From NCBI GenBank assembly GCA_050010515.1, contig JBEKKX010000022.1, positions 1-64,000 on the forward strand: a stretch of DNA of 64,000 nucleotides. The letters are read 5' to 3'. Shown here piece after piece: positions 1 to 8,789 of the stretch (position 1 is its first letter; every line of letters begins with the position of its first letter). Position numbers and translations under genes: made by a program. Under the pieces are notes generated by a model, which was given only the letters and a program-made list of their open reading frames with translations, searched no databases and was not told the origin of the DNA. This stretch comes from Candidatus Bathyarchaeia archaeon. GTDB lineage: Archaea; Thermoproteota; Bathyarchaeia; Bathyarchaeales; Bathycorpusculaceae.

Positions 1-266
1 GCTCCTAAATGCATTAGCAGCGTTAAGATTGAACAGACCGGAAAAAACCAGATCCATCACCATGCTAGCAAGATAGCAGAAATTAACACAAACCAATCGA
101 ATTAGCAACAGACTGGCGCGCGTTTTTTATCCCCATTTTTCAAATGATACATTTTTCATATATCACATACATGCCAGAAAGTAGATTTTAGCCACCACAT
201 CACGTAATATCGGGACAAGGCAGCGCGCTCTTCACCAAAAAAGCCTGTTTTTCACCATTTTGCGCT

Positions 267-1055
267 TCAGATAAACTTTTTTAAATCTGCGGTTTTGATG
301 TTTCTAAATCCTTTAATGGTTTCCCCGTTAAACGTGATATTATAAAGTTTTATTTTTTCGCGCGTTTCAGCAGCTAGCCATTCAAGCAATTCTTTACCGA
401 TCTTAAGCTTTTTTCGCTTAACTTCAATAGATGCTACATGCTTCTTGGAGTATTGGCCTACAATGTATCCGAAATCCATTCCCGCTAATGCGATCAGTTT
501 AGCCCCCATCCCTGCTGCTAGAAAGACTGCTCGGTCACCGTCAGTGAAGCCCAGAAAATTATGGACATTGGAACGAGGATGCGCCTGTGTGCTACCTATA
601 GCTTTGGAGAACGCTGGCACATATTTTTTCAACTTATCAATATTATCGCCATGCGCATGAATAACCACGATAGCCCCTAGACGCTGAGCATAAACAATAT
701 CGCTAATTGTTCCATCCAAGTCGGTTACGATTACATTTGGCGCTGTTCCTGATATTTGAACGAAAGCTGTTGTCGCTCCATCGGCCACAAGGGTCACAGT
801 CTTTTGCAAGAGTCCTTCTTTCATGACTTGTCTGAGGTCTTCTTCAAGAGATGGACCAGCACCAAAAACCAACACGGGTCTATTTTCAATTAGCTTCCTT
901 AGGTCAGCCACATGCCCAACCCGCTCAGCCAGCAGTACGCTTAGCAAATCAGTTGCCCGCTGGTCTTCGCACTGGTCGTACCCGAAGGTTTCAAGAATTT
1001 TGTTATACCACGGCAACCAATCATCTAATGTAAAGTTCACGTTTTCTTTCCTCAA
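267..1055 (-). CDS. mptE: 6-hydroxymethyl-7,8-dihydropterin pyrophosphokinase (DUF115 family)
   Basis: GAGPSL, VADGA, VTDLDG, HAHGDN, GFTDGDRA and GMDFG motifs; adjacent to RFAP synthase. Confidence 0.85.
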   Translation of the reverse strand: MRKENVNFTLDDWLPWYNKILETFGYDQCEDQRATDLLSVLLAERVGHVADLRKLIENRPVLVFGAGPSLEEDLRQVMKEGLLQKTVTLVADGATTAFVQISGTAPNVIVTDLDGTISDIVYAQRLGAIVVIHAHGDNIDKLKKYVPAFSKAIGSTQAHPRSNVHNFLGFTDGDRAVFLAAGMGAKLIALAGMDFGYIVGQYSKKHVASIEVKRKKLKIGKELLEWLAAETREKIKLYNITFNGETIKGFRNIKTADLKKFI

Positions 1056-1104
1056 TTATTCTGGATAAATCTTGCTTTTTCAGCGTTCTGCCAAGCTATG
1101 GATT

Positions 1105-2103
1105 CTATGAAGTTGATGATTTTATGTAGGCTCCTTTATTGTTTGCTGTTGTGAAGAATACTTGCCCGCCAACGCTTTCTTGCAAGAACCTCTTAGTTGA
1201 AATGGATAATTTTTTTGCTTCTACCTTGCCATGGGCAAGTCCGTAAACGGTTGGTCCCCAGGAACTTTGCCCAGCGCCATGGGCTCCGTTTTTCAGCATG
1301 TGCTTTATGCATTTTCCTGCTGGGGAGCTTGAAAAACGTTCTCCTTGAACAGCTGCAAAGTAGTCTCCCACTATATTTTGAATTTCGGTTAAGGATTTTC
1401 CAAAGGTTTCTATGTCTCTTTCCTTGAGTGCTGGCAGCAGACCCATAACTATCAGGTGACTTATGAGGGCGGCTTTTTCTCTATGCATAGGCTGCAAATG
1501 CTTAAACGCTGTGGCTTCCTGTGATCCAGATAATCCTTTCTTAACGTGGGGGATAGCTACAACAAAAAACCAATCCTCTGGAAATGACTGACGGAATATT
1601 ACAGGCGGAAGGTTTTCCAAGGCTTGTGGATTGGGCTTGTTTCCTTGACTTTTTAATCCAGCTTCAACAACAAAACCGCCTTGCTCGAAAAGCGCTGTTC
1701 CCACACCAGAAACCTGTCCCCTTCCCGTTAAACGCGCAAGACTTTCAACAGAGACCTTCATATGGAAAAGCTTTGATACTGCAACGGCAGCGGCTAACGA
1801 TAACTGGGTTCCGGAGCCTAATCCAACGTGCTCAGGGATAGTTTGCCTTACGTTAATAGAAACTTGGGGTTTTATGTTATACTTCTTAAGCAATAGCTCC
1901 ACTATGGGTCGTAAATTTTCGCTTTTTTCGCCCTTAAATTCAAGATCTTGGGATGATTCAGCCTCAAGAATCACGCTAGGACGATTTATGGCTACTCCTA
2001 TTCCGCCAAAAACCCGCCCCAGTTCGCCTCCTAAATCAATAAATCCTAAATGAAGTCTGGCTGGAGTTCTAACGTAGACCTTCATTCTTAACCGTCCATG
2101 CAC
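1105..2103 (-). CDS. mptG: beta-ribofuranosylaminobenzene 5'-phosphate synthase (GHMP kinase family)
   Basis: TPARLHLGFIDL, PEHVGLGSGTQ, GQSSWGPT motifs. Confidence 0.85.
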   Translation of the reverse strand: MHGRLRMKVYVRTPARLHLGFIDLGGELGRVFGGIGVAINRPSVILEAESSQDLEFKGEKSENLRPIVELLLKKYNIKPQVSINVRQTIPEHVGLGSGTQLSLAAAVAVSKLFHMKVSVESLARLTGRGQVSGVGTALFEQGGFVVEAGLKSQGNKPNPQALENLPPVIFRQSFPEDWFFVVAIPHVKKGLSGSQEATAFKHLQPMHREKAALISHLIVMGLLPALKERDIETFGKSLTEIQNIVGDYFAAVQGERFSSSPAGKCIKHMLKNGAHGAGQSSWGPTVYGLAHGKVEAKKLSISTKRFLQESVGGQVFFTTANNKGAYIKSSTS

Positions 2104-2423
2104 CTATCTTTTAAGTTAAATTGGCTGCCGACTCAAGCGGCATAATTAAGCTGCATGAGTCATGAAGCACCATCGGTAAAATTCGATTATATCTATTAAC
2201 CTTTGCGTTTGCTTTTTGATTATCTGTTTTTCTCTCAAATAAGTGGGATTTACTGTTTAAGTAATTAACATTTAGTCAACTATGCAGGGTTCAAAAAGAC
2301 GAAAGGTTAACTTCTTTTTGTTGACGAATTTCTGTAGCAAATAGTATACCTTATAGTGGAGGCATTTTGATGTGGGATTTTGTTTTTTAGCTTCTGTCGG
2401 AAAAGTTGCTAAGGGGATAGCGT

Positions 2424-2437
2424 TTATTAGTCTCGAA
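2424..2437 (+). repeat. left att core TTATTAGTCTCGAA
   Basis: Identical to 20036-20049; about 35 bp from the integrase stop codon. Confidence 0.85.
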
Positions 2438-2471
2438 GGTCGCGTTTTTTGATTAATAAACGCCTTTTCTC

Positions 2472-3620
2472 TCATGCCTTAATCCTCCGATACAGATGCA
2501 CTCCTCCGATTTCGTCGTATTTGGTGTAGCCTTGACTAGCCAGTTTTTCAGCTTCTTCCACTGTTGAAGCTCTAGCTGTCTCCCAGTCTAAATCATTGAA
2601 AACTACCGTGTTGGTGTACTTGTCGGTGGAGTTGCTGCTTTTATGGCCTAGTTTCTGTTGAACTTCTTTCTGGGGCCTAAGCTGCTTGATTAAGCGGTGT
2701 GCAAAGCCATAGCGGAAAGTGTGAATGTGGATTAGACTAAGCCGGTCAGCTTCGCCTGGGTTCTCTCTACAAATTTTGAGACGTAAATTCTTGAATTGGT
2801 CAGTGTAGGTCTTCGGGTGTGGGCAGAAAATATACGGCTGATATTTACGGTTTAAGGATTGGATTCTTGCTATTGTGGCTTCAGGTACTTTGATTGTTCG
2901 GGGTCTGCTACCTTTTTCAGGTTGATTGATGCTGATTGTGCAGTTAGCGGTGTTAAGGTCGGACCATTTGATATGGCAAACTTCCCCGCGTCTTGCTCCA
3001 GTGTCATGTGTCGCTAAAAGGTAAGTTCCTAATCGGTGTCCTGCGGCGTTAACATATAGTTTTAATTCGTCAGGTGTTGCTATGAAGGCTTCTTTCGGTT
3101 GATAGTTGGTTTTGATTGGCTCCCAGAAAATCTTTAGCGTTTTGCAGTAGCTTTTGTAGCTGCAAACTGCTATGTATTTTTTGCTTGGTTTCTCTTTGTC
3201 GTTGTACTCGGGTTCAACTGCTAAAACGGTTTCGACTGATTCAGGATTTTTAAGGTCGGCTCCTTTTCCGATTAATCCGGCAAGCACTGAGCAGCGTACT
3301 GTTATCGTGTTGTCGCCTAATCCTCTCTTTTTCAGCTTCCAAGCGTACTCTAAGAGACTACTTTCTTTTACACCCGCAACAGTCTTGATTTCTGTTGACG
3401 GTTCCAAATTTTTCGCCTTATCCTGCAGGATTGCGCATATTTGGCTATCCTTGACATTAGTATTCTCAACATTTAACACTTGCCCATTACTAAAACGGAA
3501 ACCGCAACTTCTACATAGAAACCTCTGTGCTTTACAGCCGTCACTCAAAACTCTAAGGCCATCTTTAAAGAACTTCTCACTATGACAAGAAGGGCATTTA
3601 ATAGCGATTTGAGACTCCAA
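2472..3620 (-). CDS. tyrosine integrase with N-terminal Zn finger
   Basis: Full catalytic set: TGARRGE (R), EKG (K), HTFR, LGH, DKY; N-terminal CPSC...CRSC. Confidence 0.92.
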   Translation of the reverse strand: MESQIAIKCPSCHSEKFFKDGLRVLSDGCKAQRFLCRSCGFRFSNGQVLNVENTNVKDSQICAILQDKAKNLEPSTEIKTVAGVKESSLLEYAWKLKKRGLGDNTITVRCSVLAGLIGKGADLKNPESVETVLAVEPEYNDKEKPSKKYIAVCSYKSYCKTLKIFWEPIKTNYQPKEAFIATPDELKLYVNAAGHRLGTYLLATHDTGARRGEVCHIKWSDLNTANCTISINQPEKGSRPRTIKVPEATIARIQSLNRKYQPYIFCPHPKTYTDQFKNLRLKICRENPGEADRLSLIHIHTFRYGFAHRLIKQLRPQKEVQQKLGHKSSNSTDKYTNTVVFNDLDWETARASTVEEAEKLASQGYTKYDEIGGVHLYRRIKA

Positions 3621-3622
3621 TT

Positions 3623-3913
3623 TTAGGAGCCTCCCTTAATTTTTCGGGTTTCAAGATGGTTTTTGCCTACAATTTTCATATTACAAGAGGCACACCGGAC
3701 AGCGCCATGCGTCCGAAGTCGTTTGTTACAGTCAACACAGAAATGCTTGCCATTGAGGGAGGCACGATTTGAGAAAGTCACTATAACAATCGGCGGCTGT
3801 TTACTCCGAGCATCAACAGACTTTAGCAAGGCCTCAAGGTTGGAGAGTTTCTTTTTCAAGCTGTCAGGTGTGTAGGATTCGAGAATTTCGTTAACGCTTT
3901 CTGTTGCGGTCAA
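3623..3913 (-). CDS. small Zn-finger protein
   Basis: CVDC...CASC; TTG at 3913 overlaps the helicase stop and follows GAGGAGG. Confidence 0.65.
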   Translation of the reverse strand: MTATESVNEILESYTPDSLKKKLSNLEALLKSVDARSKQPPIVIVTFSNRASLNGKHFCVDCNKRLRTHGAVRCASCNMKIVGKNHLETRKIKGGS

Positions 3914-5925
3914 ACTGAATCCTCCTCTGGAGCGCCTATATAGCTGTAACCCGGACATCTTAACGGAATTTCAGATAGCTTGTTTAAATCTCCCCAGTTA
4001 GGCGCCGTGCAACTTGGCTTATCGAAGTTAACACATTCAACAGAACAATAACGCTTAGGAGTTGGCGGTGTTTCTAGTGGTGTTGTTTTCCAGATACGCA
4101 TTTCTCGCCTTGACCCTTTTGGTACTACCTCAAAATTCCAACCACTTGCAATAATCGCGTTTTTAGAGTTGTTAAGTTGATGAGTAAAATAACATGCAGC
4201 AGTAGGCCAACGTTTGCTTTTTACATTCATATTAAGCTGGGTGGCCGTGGAAGTAACCTGATTAAAAACATAGTCAGGAGTGTTAACCCCAGGGTTATCT
4301 TCAGTAGCATTAGTAAGAGCCAAGTTTTCTTTACAATACGCTAGAAAGGCGTCAGCTACTACGTTATTCTCAATGTCTGCCGTGTTTTGACTTTTCAAGT
4401 TCTCTTCCATAGCCTCAATAAAATCCTCTTCTTTTTCACCGAGAGCAACAGCCAAGATACAACCCCATTCTGTAAAATCTGATAGCCGAAAAAGTTTTGA
4501 AGGCTTAACCGTATCTTTAAGATTCAATGCTTTAACAATGACATCAAGAAAACCGCTCAAAATTTCAGGTAAAACTTTGTTAAATTCTGTTTCAAGTTCT
4601 TGATCTGTGCGACGCTCAACGTTTGGCTCAGTTGGATGCATGATTGTCCTATTCAGTAAGTCGCCTTTAGTTACTGACAAATTTAAGCCATTAAGCATGA
4701 TACACCGCTTAAACGAACGAATAAAAGAATCATCATCAGTATACAATGCGCGACTCTCTTGACCCGCTCCAGTTACAGCTTTGCATAACATCTCACTAAA
4801 CCATCGAGGCAAATATTCCAAGTTGTCAAAAATCGGTATGTAATGATGATCTAGCACTTGGAGAGCTGCGTTTTCATCTCTCGGAATCCCAAGCAAAGGC
4901 GCTGAAGAAGGGTCGAATACTGTTCGGATATACCTCTGTGCTGTACTCTTATGTGAGCCGGGGCAGCCATGCATCTCGTTAACTGGATGCGAAATATCAG
5001 GGATAAAGTAAGATGCAGATTGCACCAATAATAAAAGCTGTCTATGAGCGGTCAGCACAGCGTCTTTACATGCACCAATATTAACAAAGGGTAAAAGTTT
5101 TCTTGGATCGCCATGTTGCACTGCCTCAACTAACGGTCTTTGATGATCGTAACGTATAAATAAAATAGGCACATTTACCTCAAGACACCAACCGTTTTTA
5201 GTAATGTGATAAGCCCTATGTCGTGAATCAGCCATGTCTATCCATATTGACCCGTCGCCGCTGGGGTCGAGAGCTACACGGTTAGACATTTTATAATATT
5301 TGCCGTGTGCAGCGGTATACTTCAATAGTTGAATAACTTGAGTCGAGGATTCTCTGTTTAAAATTGTTTTCTCTGCTTCATATAAAAGATGTGATAGATA
5401 TGTTCTAAATTTTTCCTCTTTTAATCTTACTATTTCCTTTGACGCACTTACGCACTTGACGGTATTCCCGCAATCTTTTATGCCTCCTTCTGGATTACAA
5501 TCTCCCTCTTTTACCTCATTAATTTTTTTCAGCGGTGGTGTAGAAGTTTCAGAAACAGCGTCAACTGCGTCAACTGCGTCAAGGTCAAGAGGCACACATG
5601 CAAACTCTATTTTGTGTTGGTCATGGAATAATTCGATATTGCTTTCACAAATTAACTTATAAAGTCTTTCAGCTTGAGAGCCCTTTTTTTCTTTTTCCTC
5701 TTCTGATTCACCGTTTTGTTTTGCTTGTTCTTTTGCAGCTTCTTTTAGTTGTTTTGCTGTTGGTTCTGTTTCTTCTTTGTCTAATATTGGTTGTTTTAAT
5801 GGGTCGTTTCGTGCGTGTGCTTTTTCGCATGTGTAAATTTGTTGTCCGTTTTCGGCTATGTAGCTGGGTACTACTAGGCCTCCGCATGTTCGGCAAACTA
5901 GATTAAATTTTATAGCGTCGGTCAT
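3910..5925 (-). CDS. putative replicative P-loop ATPase/helicase (SF3-like) with N-terminal Zn finger
   Basis: Walker A GCPGSHKST, Walker B IPIFDN, LCKAVTG..RALYTD and DLLNR motifs typical of mobile-element replication ATPases. Confidence 0.75.
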   Translation of the reverse strand: MTDAIKFNLVCRTCGGLVVPSYIAENGQQIYTCEKAHARNDPLKQPILDKEETEPTAKQLKEAAKEQAKQNGESEEEKEKKGSQAERLYKLICESNIELFHDQHKIEFACVPLDLDAVDAVDAVSETSTPPLKKINEVKEGDCNPEGGIKDCGNTVKCVSASKEIVRLKEEKFRTYLSHLLYEAEKTILNRESSTQVIQLLKYTAAHGKYYKMSNRVALDPSGDGSIWIDMADSRHRAYHITKNGWCLEVNVPILFIRYDHQRPLVEAVQHGDPRKLLPFVNIGACKDAVLTAHRQLLLLVQSASYFIPDISHPVNEMHGCPGSHKSTAQRYIRTVFDPSSAPLLGIPRDENAALQVLDHHYIPIFDNLEYLPRWFSEMLCKAVTGAGQESRALYTDDDSFIRSFKRCIMLNGLNLSVTKGDLLNRTIMHPTEPNVERRTDQELETEFNKVLPEILSGFLDVIVKALNLKDTVKPSKLFRLSDFTEWGCILAVALGEKEEDFIEAMEENLKSQNTADIENNVVADAFLAYCKENLALTNATEDNPGVNTPDYVFNQVTSTATQLNMNVKSKRWPTAACYFTHQLNNSKNAIIASGWNFEVVPKGSRREMRIWKTTPLETPPTPKRYCSVECVNFDKPSCTAPNWGDLNKLSEIPLRCPGYSYIGAPEEDSV
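5439..5582. repeat. inverted iteron-like repeats around an A/T tract; candidate origin
   Basis: TTGACGC-like x3 (5439, 5448, 5456) facing GCGTCAA x3 (5558, 5567, 5576). Confidence 0.55.
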
Positions 5926-6077
5926 GGTTGTTCAGCTCCGCAAACGCCCGGGCTTTCATTAATCAGGGTTTTCGCAATTTCCCATTTCAACCGTGAGCAA
6001 ACATACCTGAATGTATCTTTGGTTATGGTTTCTTTAGTGAGATGCTTACAGCTATTACAGCAAAAATCTTTAGTCAA
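5922..6077 (-). CDS. small Cys-rich protein
   Basis: CCNSCKH...CS...C; TTG start overlaps the upstream stop, with GAGGAGG SD. Confidence 0.6.
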   Translation of the reverse strand: MTKDFCCNSCKHLTKETITKDTFRYVCSRLKWEIAKTLINESPGVCGAEQP

Positions 6078-6241
6078 TGAAAAAGCCTCCTCTGAGTTTT
6101 TGCTCTGCAAAAAAAGGTTTTTTTCCGTTGAATCTGAAGGCCATGTTTAGGCGTGTAAATTAATGTTCTTCCATCTTTAAGATTGAAGATAACACTTTCA
6201 ACATCAGCCGGATTCAGTTTTTCAAAAGGTAGCTGAAGCAA
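6074..6241 (-). CDS. 55-aa hypothetical protein (below the ORF-track cutoff)
   Basis: MLQLPFEKLNPADVESVIFNLKDGRTLIYTPKHG...; fills an operon gap and its stop overlaps the next start. Confidence 0.5.
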   Translation of the reverse strand: MLQLPFEKLNPADVESVIFNLKDGRTLIYTPKHGLQIQRKKTFFCRAKTQRRLFH

Positions 6242-6243
6242 AC

Positions 6244-6468
6244 TTAAGCATCCCCTGGCAATCGTCGCTCGCCTATTTTCCGGTTAGTTTTGGCACGCCA
6301 AACTTTGCAGCCTACCCCTCCCCCATGATTGCATGCATAATTTTTAGGGTTGAATTTGTTTTCTCGCTTACATTCAAACTCGAATTTGCAGGGATATTTT
6401 TCTGCTTCTTGAGCTTGGCAGTGTTCTTGAAGTGGTTTAAAATTGGTAGTAAATCGGTTCAATGGCAA
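6244..6468 (-). CDS. small Cys/His protein
   Basis: CKFEFEC...YACNH...C; part of the coupled operon. Confidence 0.55.
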   Translation of the reverse strand: MPLNRFTTNFKPLQEHCQAQEAEKYPCKFEFECKRENKFNPKNYACNHGGGVGCKVWRAKTNRKIGERRLPGDA

Positions 6469-6584
6469 AACCTCAAGGTCATCATCATTTTTTCGGTAAA
6501 ATCAGCGCACTTAGTCGGTTCGTGGTCGCAAGCATATTTTCCGAGTTGGTAGTTGGCACAGTTTCTAAATTCTTTACAGGTCAA
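6459..6584 (-). CDS. 41-aa Cys/His mini-protein (below the ORF-track cutoff)
   Basis: MTCKEFRNCANYQLGKYACDHEPTKCADF...; abuts both neighbouring genes. Confidence 0.5.
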   Translation of the reverse strand: MTCKEFRNCANYQLGKYACDHEPTKCADFTEKMMMTLRFCH

Positions 6585-6770
6585 TTATGGTCTCTCCCTT
6601 TCTCCAATCGGCAAAAACTGCTTACACGCTTTCCATGATGCGTGTGTTGAGTAGCCTAAACGACAATGACTAGTCGTGTACTGTGTGAAGAAAGTGCAAT
6701 TATGGCAAAACTGAGGTTTTGGCGCTTTAGGCTGCAAAAAACTTAAAAGGCTTCGATTGCTATCAATCAA
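6585..6770 (-). CDS. small Cys-rich protein
   Basis: CHNC...C...C; overlaps the upstream stop. Confidence 0.55.
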   Translation of the reverse strand: MIDSNRSLLSFLQPKAPKPQFCHNCTFFTQYTTSHCRLGYSTHASWKACKQFLPIGERERP

Positions 6771-6990
6771 TAACGGTAGTCTCCAGTATCGTGTCAGGTG
6801 CGGGGGATTGCTGGCTAACGTGCTTCTCCTGGCGGGGGGTCACGTTAGTCTTTTTAGTTTTATTGATTCTTGTAGAGTCAAAACGGTGTCCACACCTAGG
6901 ACATTTCACCGGCAGATCGACTCTTGGCTGCCATGTGTTACCACATCGGTCACACATGAGTTTTATAACTTCCTCTTTGATTGTTTGCAT
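6763..6990 (-). CDS. Zn-ribbon protein, first gene of the leftward operon
   Basis: CDRCGNTW...CPRCG pattern common in archaeal viruses and plasmids. Confidence 0.7.
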   Translation of the reverse strand: MQTIKEEVIKLMCDRCGNTWQPRVDLPVKCPRCGHRFDSTRINKTKKTNVTPRQEKHVSQQSPAPDTILETTVID

Positions 6991-7010
6991 GGTTTCTTCT
7001 ATACTGTAGA

Positions 7011-7040
7011 TTAATTTAAATCTTGTTGTATCTGATACAA
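7011..7040 (-). promoter_or_regulatory. TATA-like box with adjacent palindromic operator for the leftward operon
   Basis: TTTAAATT 23-30 nt upstream of ATG 6990; perfect palindrome TTGTATC-T-GATACAA at 7026-7040. Confidence 0.55.
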
Positions 7041-7071
7041 TAATTAGTGAGGTAGGTAGGTAAGAGTAACA

Positions 7072-7227
7072 ATAGTTAACCGCTATTATAGTTAACCGCT
7101 ACAAAATATAGCGCATAACTACTCTTTTTAAACAATTTTAGCGTTTAACTAAACCTAAGCGAGGATATACTAAAACGTAAGAGAGGATATAGTAAAACGT
7201 AAGAAAAGCATCTATTAGCGTCTATTA
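7072..7227. repeat. three paired direct repeats
   Basis: ATAGTTAACCGCTA x2 (7072, 7088); GAGGATATA[C/G]TAAAACGTAAGA x2 (7161, 7183); GC[A/G]TCTATTA x2 (7208, 7218). Confidence 0.8.
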
Positions 7228-7479
7228 CTTTTTATGTGTGGGGGGTTGCTGGCTAGTATATTTTTTCCATGGCTGAAGGTGCGCGCGCACTTTTACAAAA
7301 GAACTTTTTTCTTATGAGGGAATCGGGAGATTATCAGAAAAGCAGAAAGCAAGGCCACGACTTACGACTCAATTTTTATCACCTTCTCCCGTGTTCCCTT
7401 TCCTCCGTTTCCTTTCTGAAAAACTTGTGACATATGAAGGAAAAACCACTTTAAAACAGAAAACCCACATAATTGGTTG

Positions 7480-7565
7480 GGGCAATCCAGAAGGCTTAGT
7501 ACCCGAGTGAAAAAGTCTATTCAGCTGAGCAGACTTTCTGCGACAGTTGTAAGGGGCTTAGTTAC
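7480..7565 (+). repeat. long inverted repeat, left copy (86 bp)
   Basis: Reverse complement of 11752-11834 except for an extra GTC at 7515-7517. Confidence 0.95.
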
Positions 7566-7632
7566 TCTTTCTCATGATGAACATCGGTTATCAAGTTAAT
7601 CGTATGATACAATAGGAGAGAACCCTTTTCTC

Positions 7633-7642
7633 TTTTTCTATT
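7633..7642 (+). promoter_or_regulatory. element motif TTTTTCTATT (first of 8 exact copies)
   Basis: Also at 7911, 8766, 9569, 10877, 11887, 14934 (+) and 14787-14796 (-), each just upstream of a start codon. Confidence 0.7.
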
Positions 7643-7655
7643 GAGGTCTTTAGAC

Positions 7656-7886
7656 TTGGTTAAGAAGAAAAACGATGTAAAGAGCGCGTTTTTAGTTTTG
7701 GTGTCCATGATCTTATTTGTTTTAGGTACAACACTTCTTTATGGTGCGCTGACACTTCATTCGATTAGTCTGATGGGCTATACACTTGCCTTTTCCACTG
7801 TGCCTCTATATCATATGTTGACGTTCGACCTTGGTGCAATCTTTTTCTTTTCTGGATTAATCACTCTAATTTATGCGTTTACTTAG
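7656..7886 (+). CDS. small two-TM membrane protein
   Basis: Two hydrophobic segments; TTG 7656 follows GAGG. Confidence 0.65.
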   Translation: MVKKKNDVKSAFLVLVSMILFVLGTTLLYGALTLHSISLMGYTLAFSTVPLYHMLTFDLGAIFFFSGLITLIYAFT

Positions 7887-7933
7887 CCACCGAAAACACC
7901 GCTAAACCTTTTTTTCTATTAGAGGTTTCACCA

Positions 7934-8419
7934 TTGAGTTATCGTGGTAATCAAAAGGGTAATTATGGCAATCAAAAAAGGGGTCATGTAGGGTTTTTGG
8001 GTAGAAAAAAGAAGCCGAAACAACCGAAAGAAGAGGACGTTGTTTATTTCAGAAACGCGGATCCTCCAGAGCAAAAGATACAACCTGAAACTGTGGCATG
8101 GCAGAACAGACCGTTAGATCAAGGCGTAAGTCTTTTTCTTGTTAGACCAACGACTTTCACGGTTCCAGGTGCAAAAACGGTTTTGCCTTCAGACCTGACA
8201 CTGCAAGAAAAGAACGCTTATGAAATTGCGCTTTTATCCGAAAGTCAAAAACTGGGTCTAGAAGCTGTATCAGGTGACAGCTCAGTAAGAAAATATCGAA
8301 TCCTCAAAACAGTCGACCAACTGCCAACAGATAAACCCTTGAGTTTTAGTGATTATCAGTTTATCGGAAACATCAAAAATAGCTTACGGAGTCACGGCTA
8401 TACAGTTTTGCCTCAATAA
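7934..8419 (+). CDS. hypothetical protein with basic MSYRG N-terminus
   Basis: ORF with SD; N-terminus shared with the 8790 protein. Confidence 0.7.
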   Translation: MSYRGNQKGNYGNQKRGHVGFLGRKKKPKQPKEEDVVYFRNADPPEQKIQPETVAWQNRPLDQGVSLFLVRPTTFTVPGAKTVLPSDLTLQEKNAYEIALLSESQKLGLEAVSGDSSVRKYRILKTVDQLPTDKPLSFSDYQFIGNIKNSLRSHGYTVLPQ

Positions 8420-8500
8420 CTCTAAGTCAAGAGAATTCTCTACACTTTCTGAAGATATACTTCGTATTCTACTCCCATTTAGTTTTCTTTTGATGATTCA

Positions 8501-8761
8501 ATGGGTAGCAAGTCAAAAGGAATAGGCATTTTATTCTTACTCCTTAGCGTCTGTTCGTTCTTAGTCAATTTTCACGTTTGGACGCCTTTTCTAATCGGAA
8601 AAATAACGTTTCTTTGGGATCCACTCAGTTATTTTAGCGCACGAATAGTTGGTAAAATCGTATTATTTGGGTCATCGCTCATTACATATTTGAACTATAT
8701 TTTTTCGTTGTTTTGGTCAGCATTTCTTTTCTTTATTGGTTTGATCTTGATTTCTCATTAA
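8501..8761 (+). CDS. small membrane protein
   Basis: Hydrophobic, 2-3 TM segments. Confidence 0.65.
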   Translation: MGSKSKGIGILFLLLSVCSFLVNFHVWTPFLIGKITFLWDPLSYFSARIVGKIVLFGSSLITYLNYIFSLFWSAFLFFIGLILISH

Positions 8762-8789
8762 ACCATTTTTCTATTGAGTGATTTGAAAC

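Noticed and set aside
2272-2475. 67-aa ORF downstream of the integrase
   Set aside because: It spans the att junction and has no motifs; probably spurious.
7072-7227. Possible mini-CRISPR array
   Set aside because: The repeats are adjacent pairs of different sequences with no unique spacers, and no cas genes are present.
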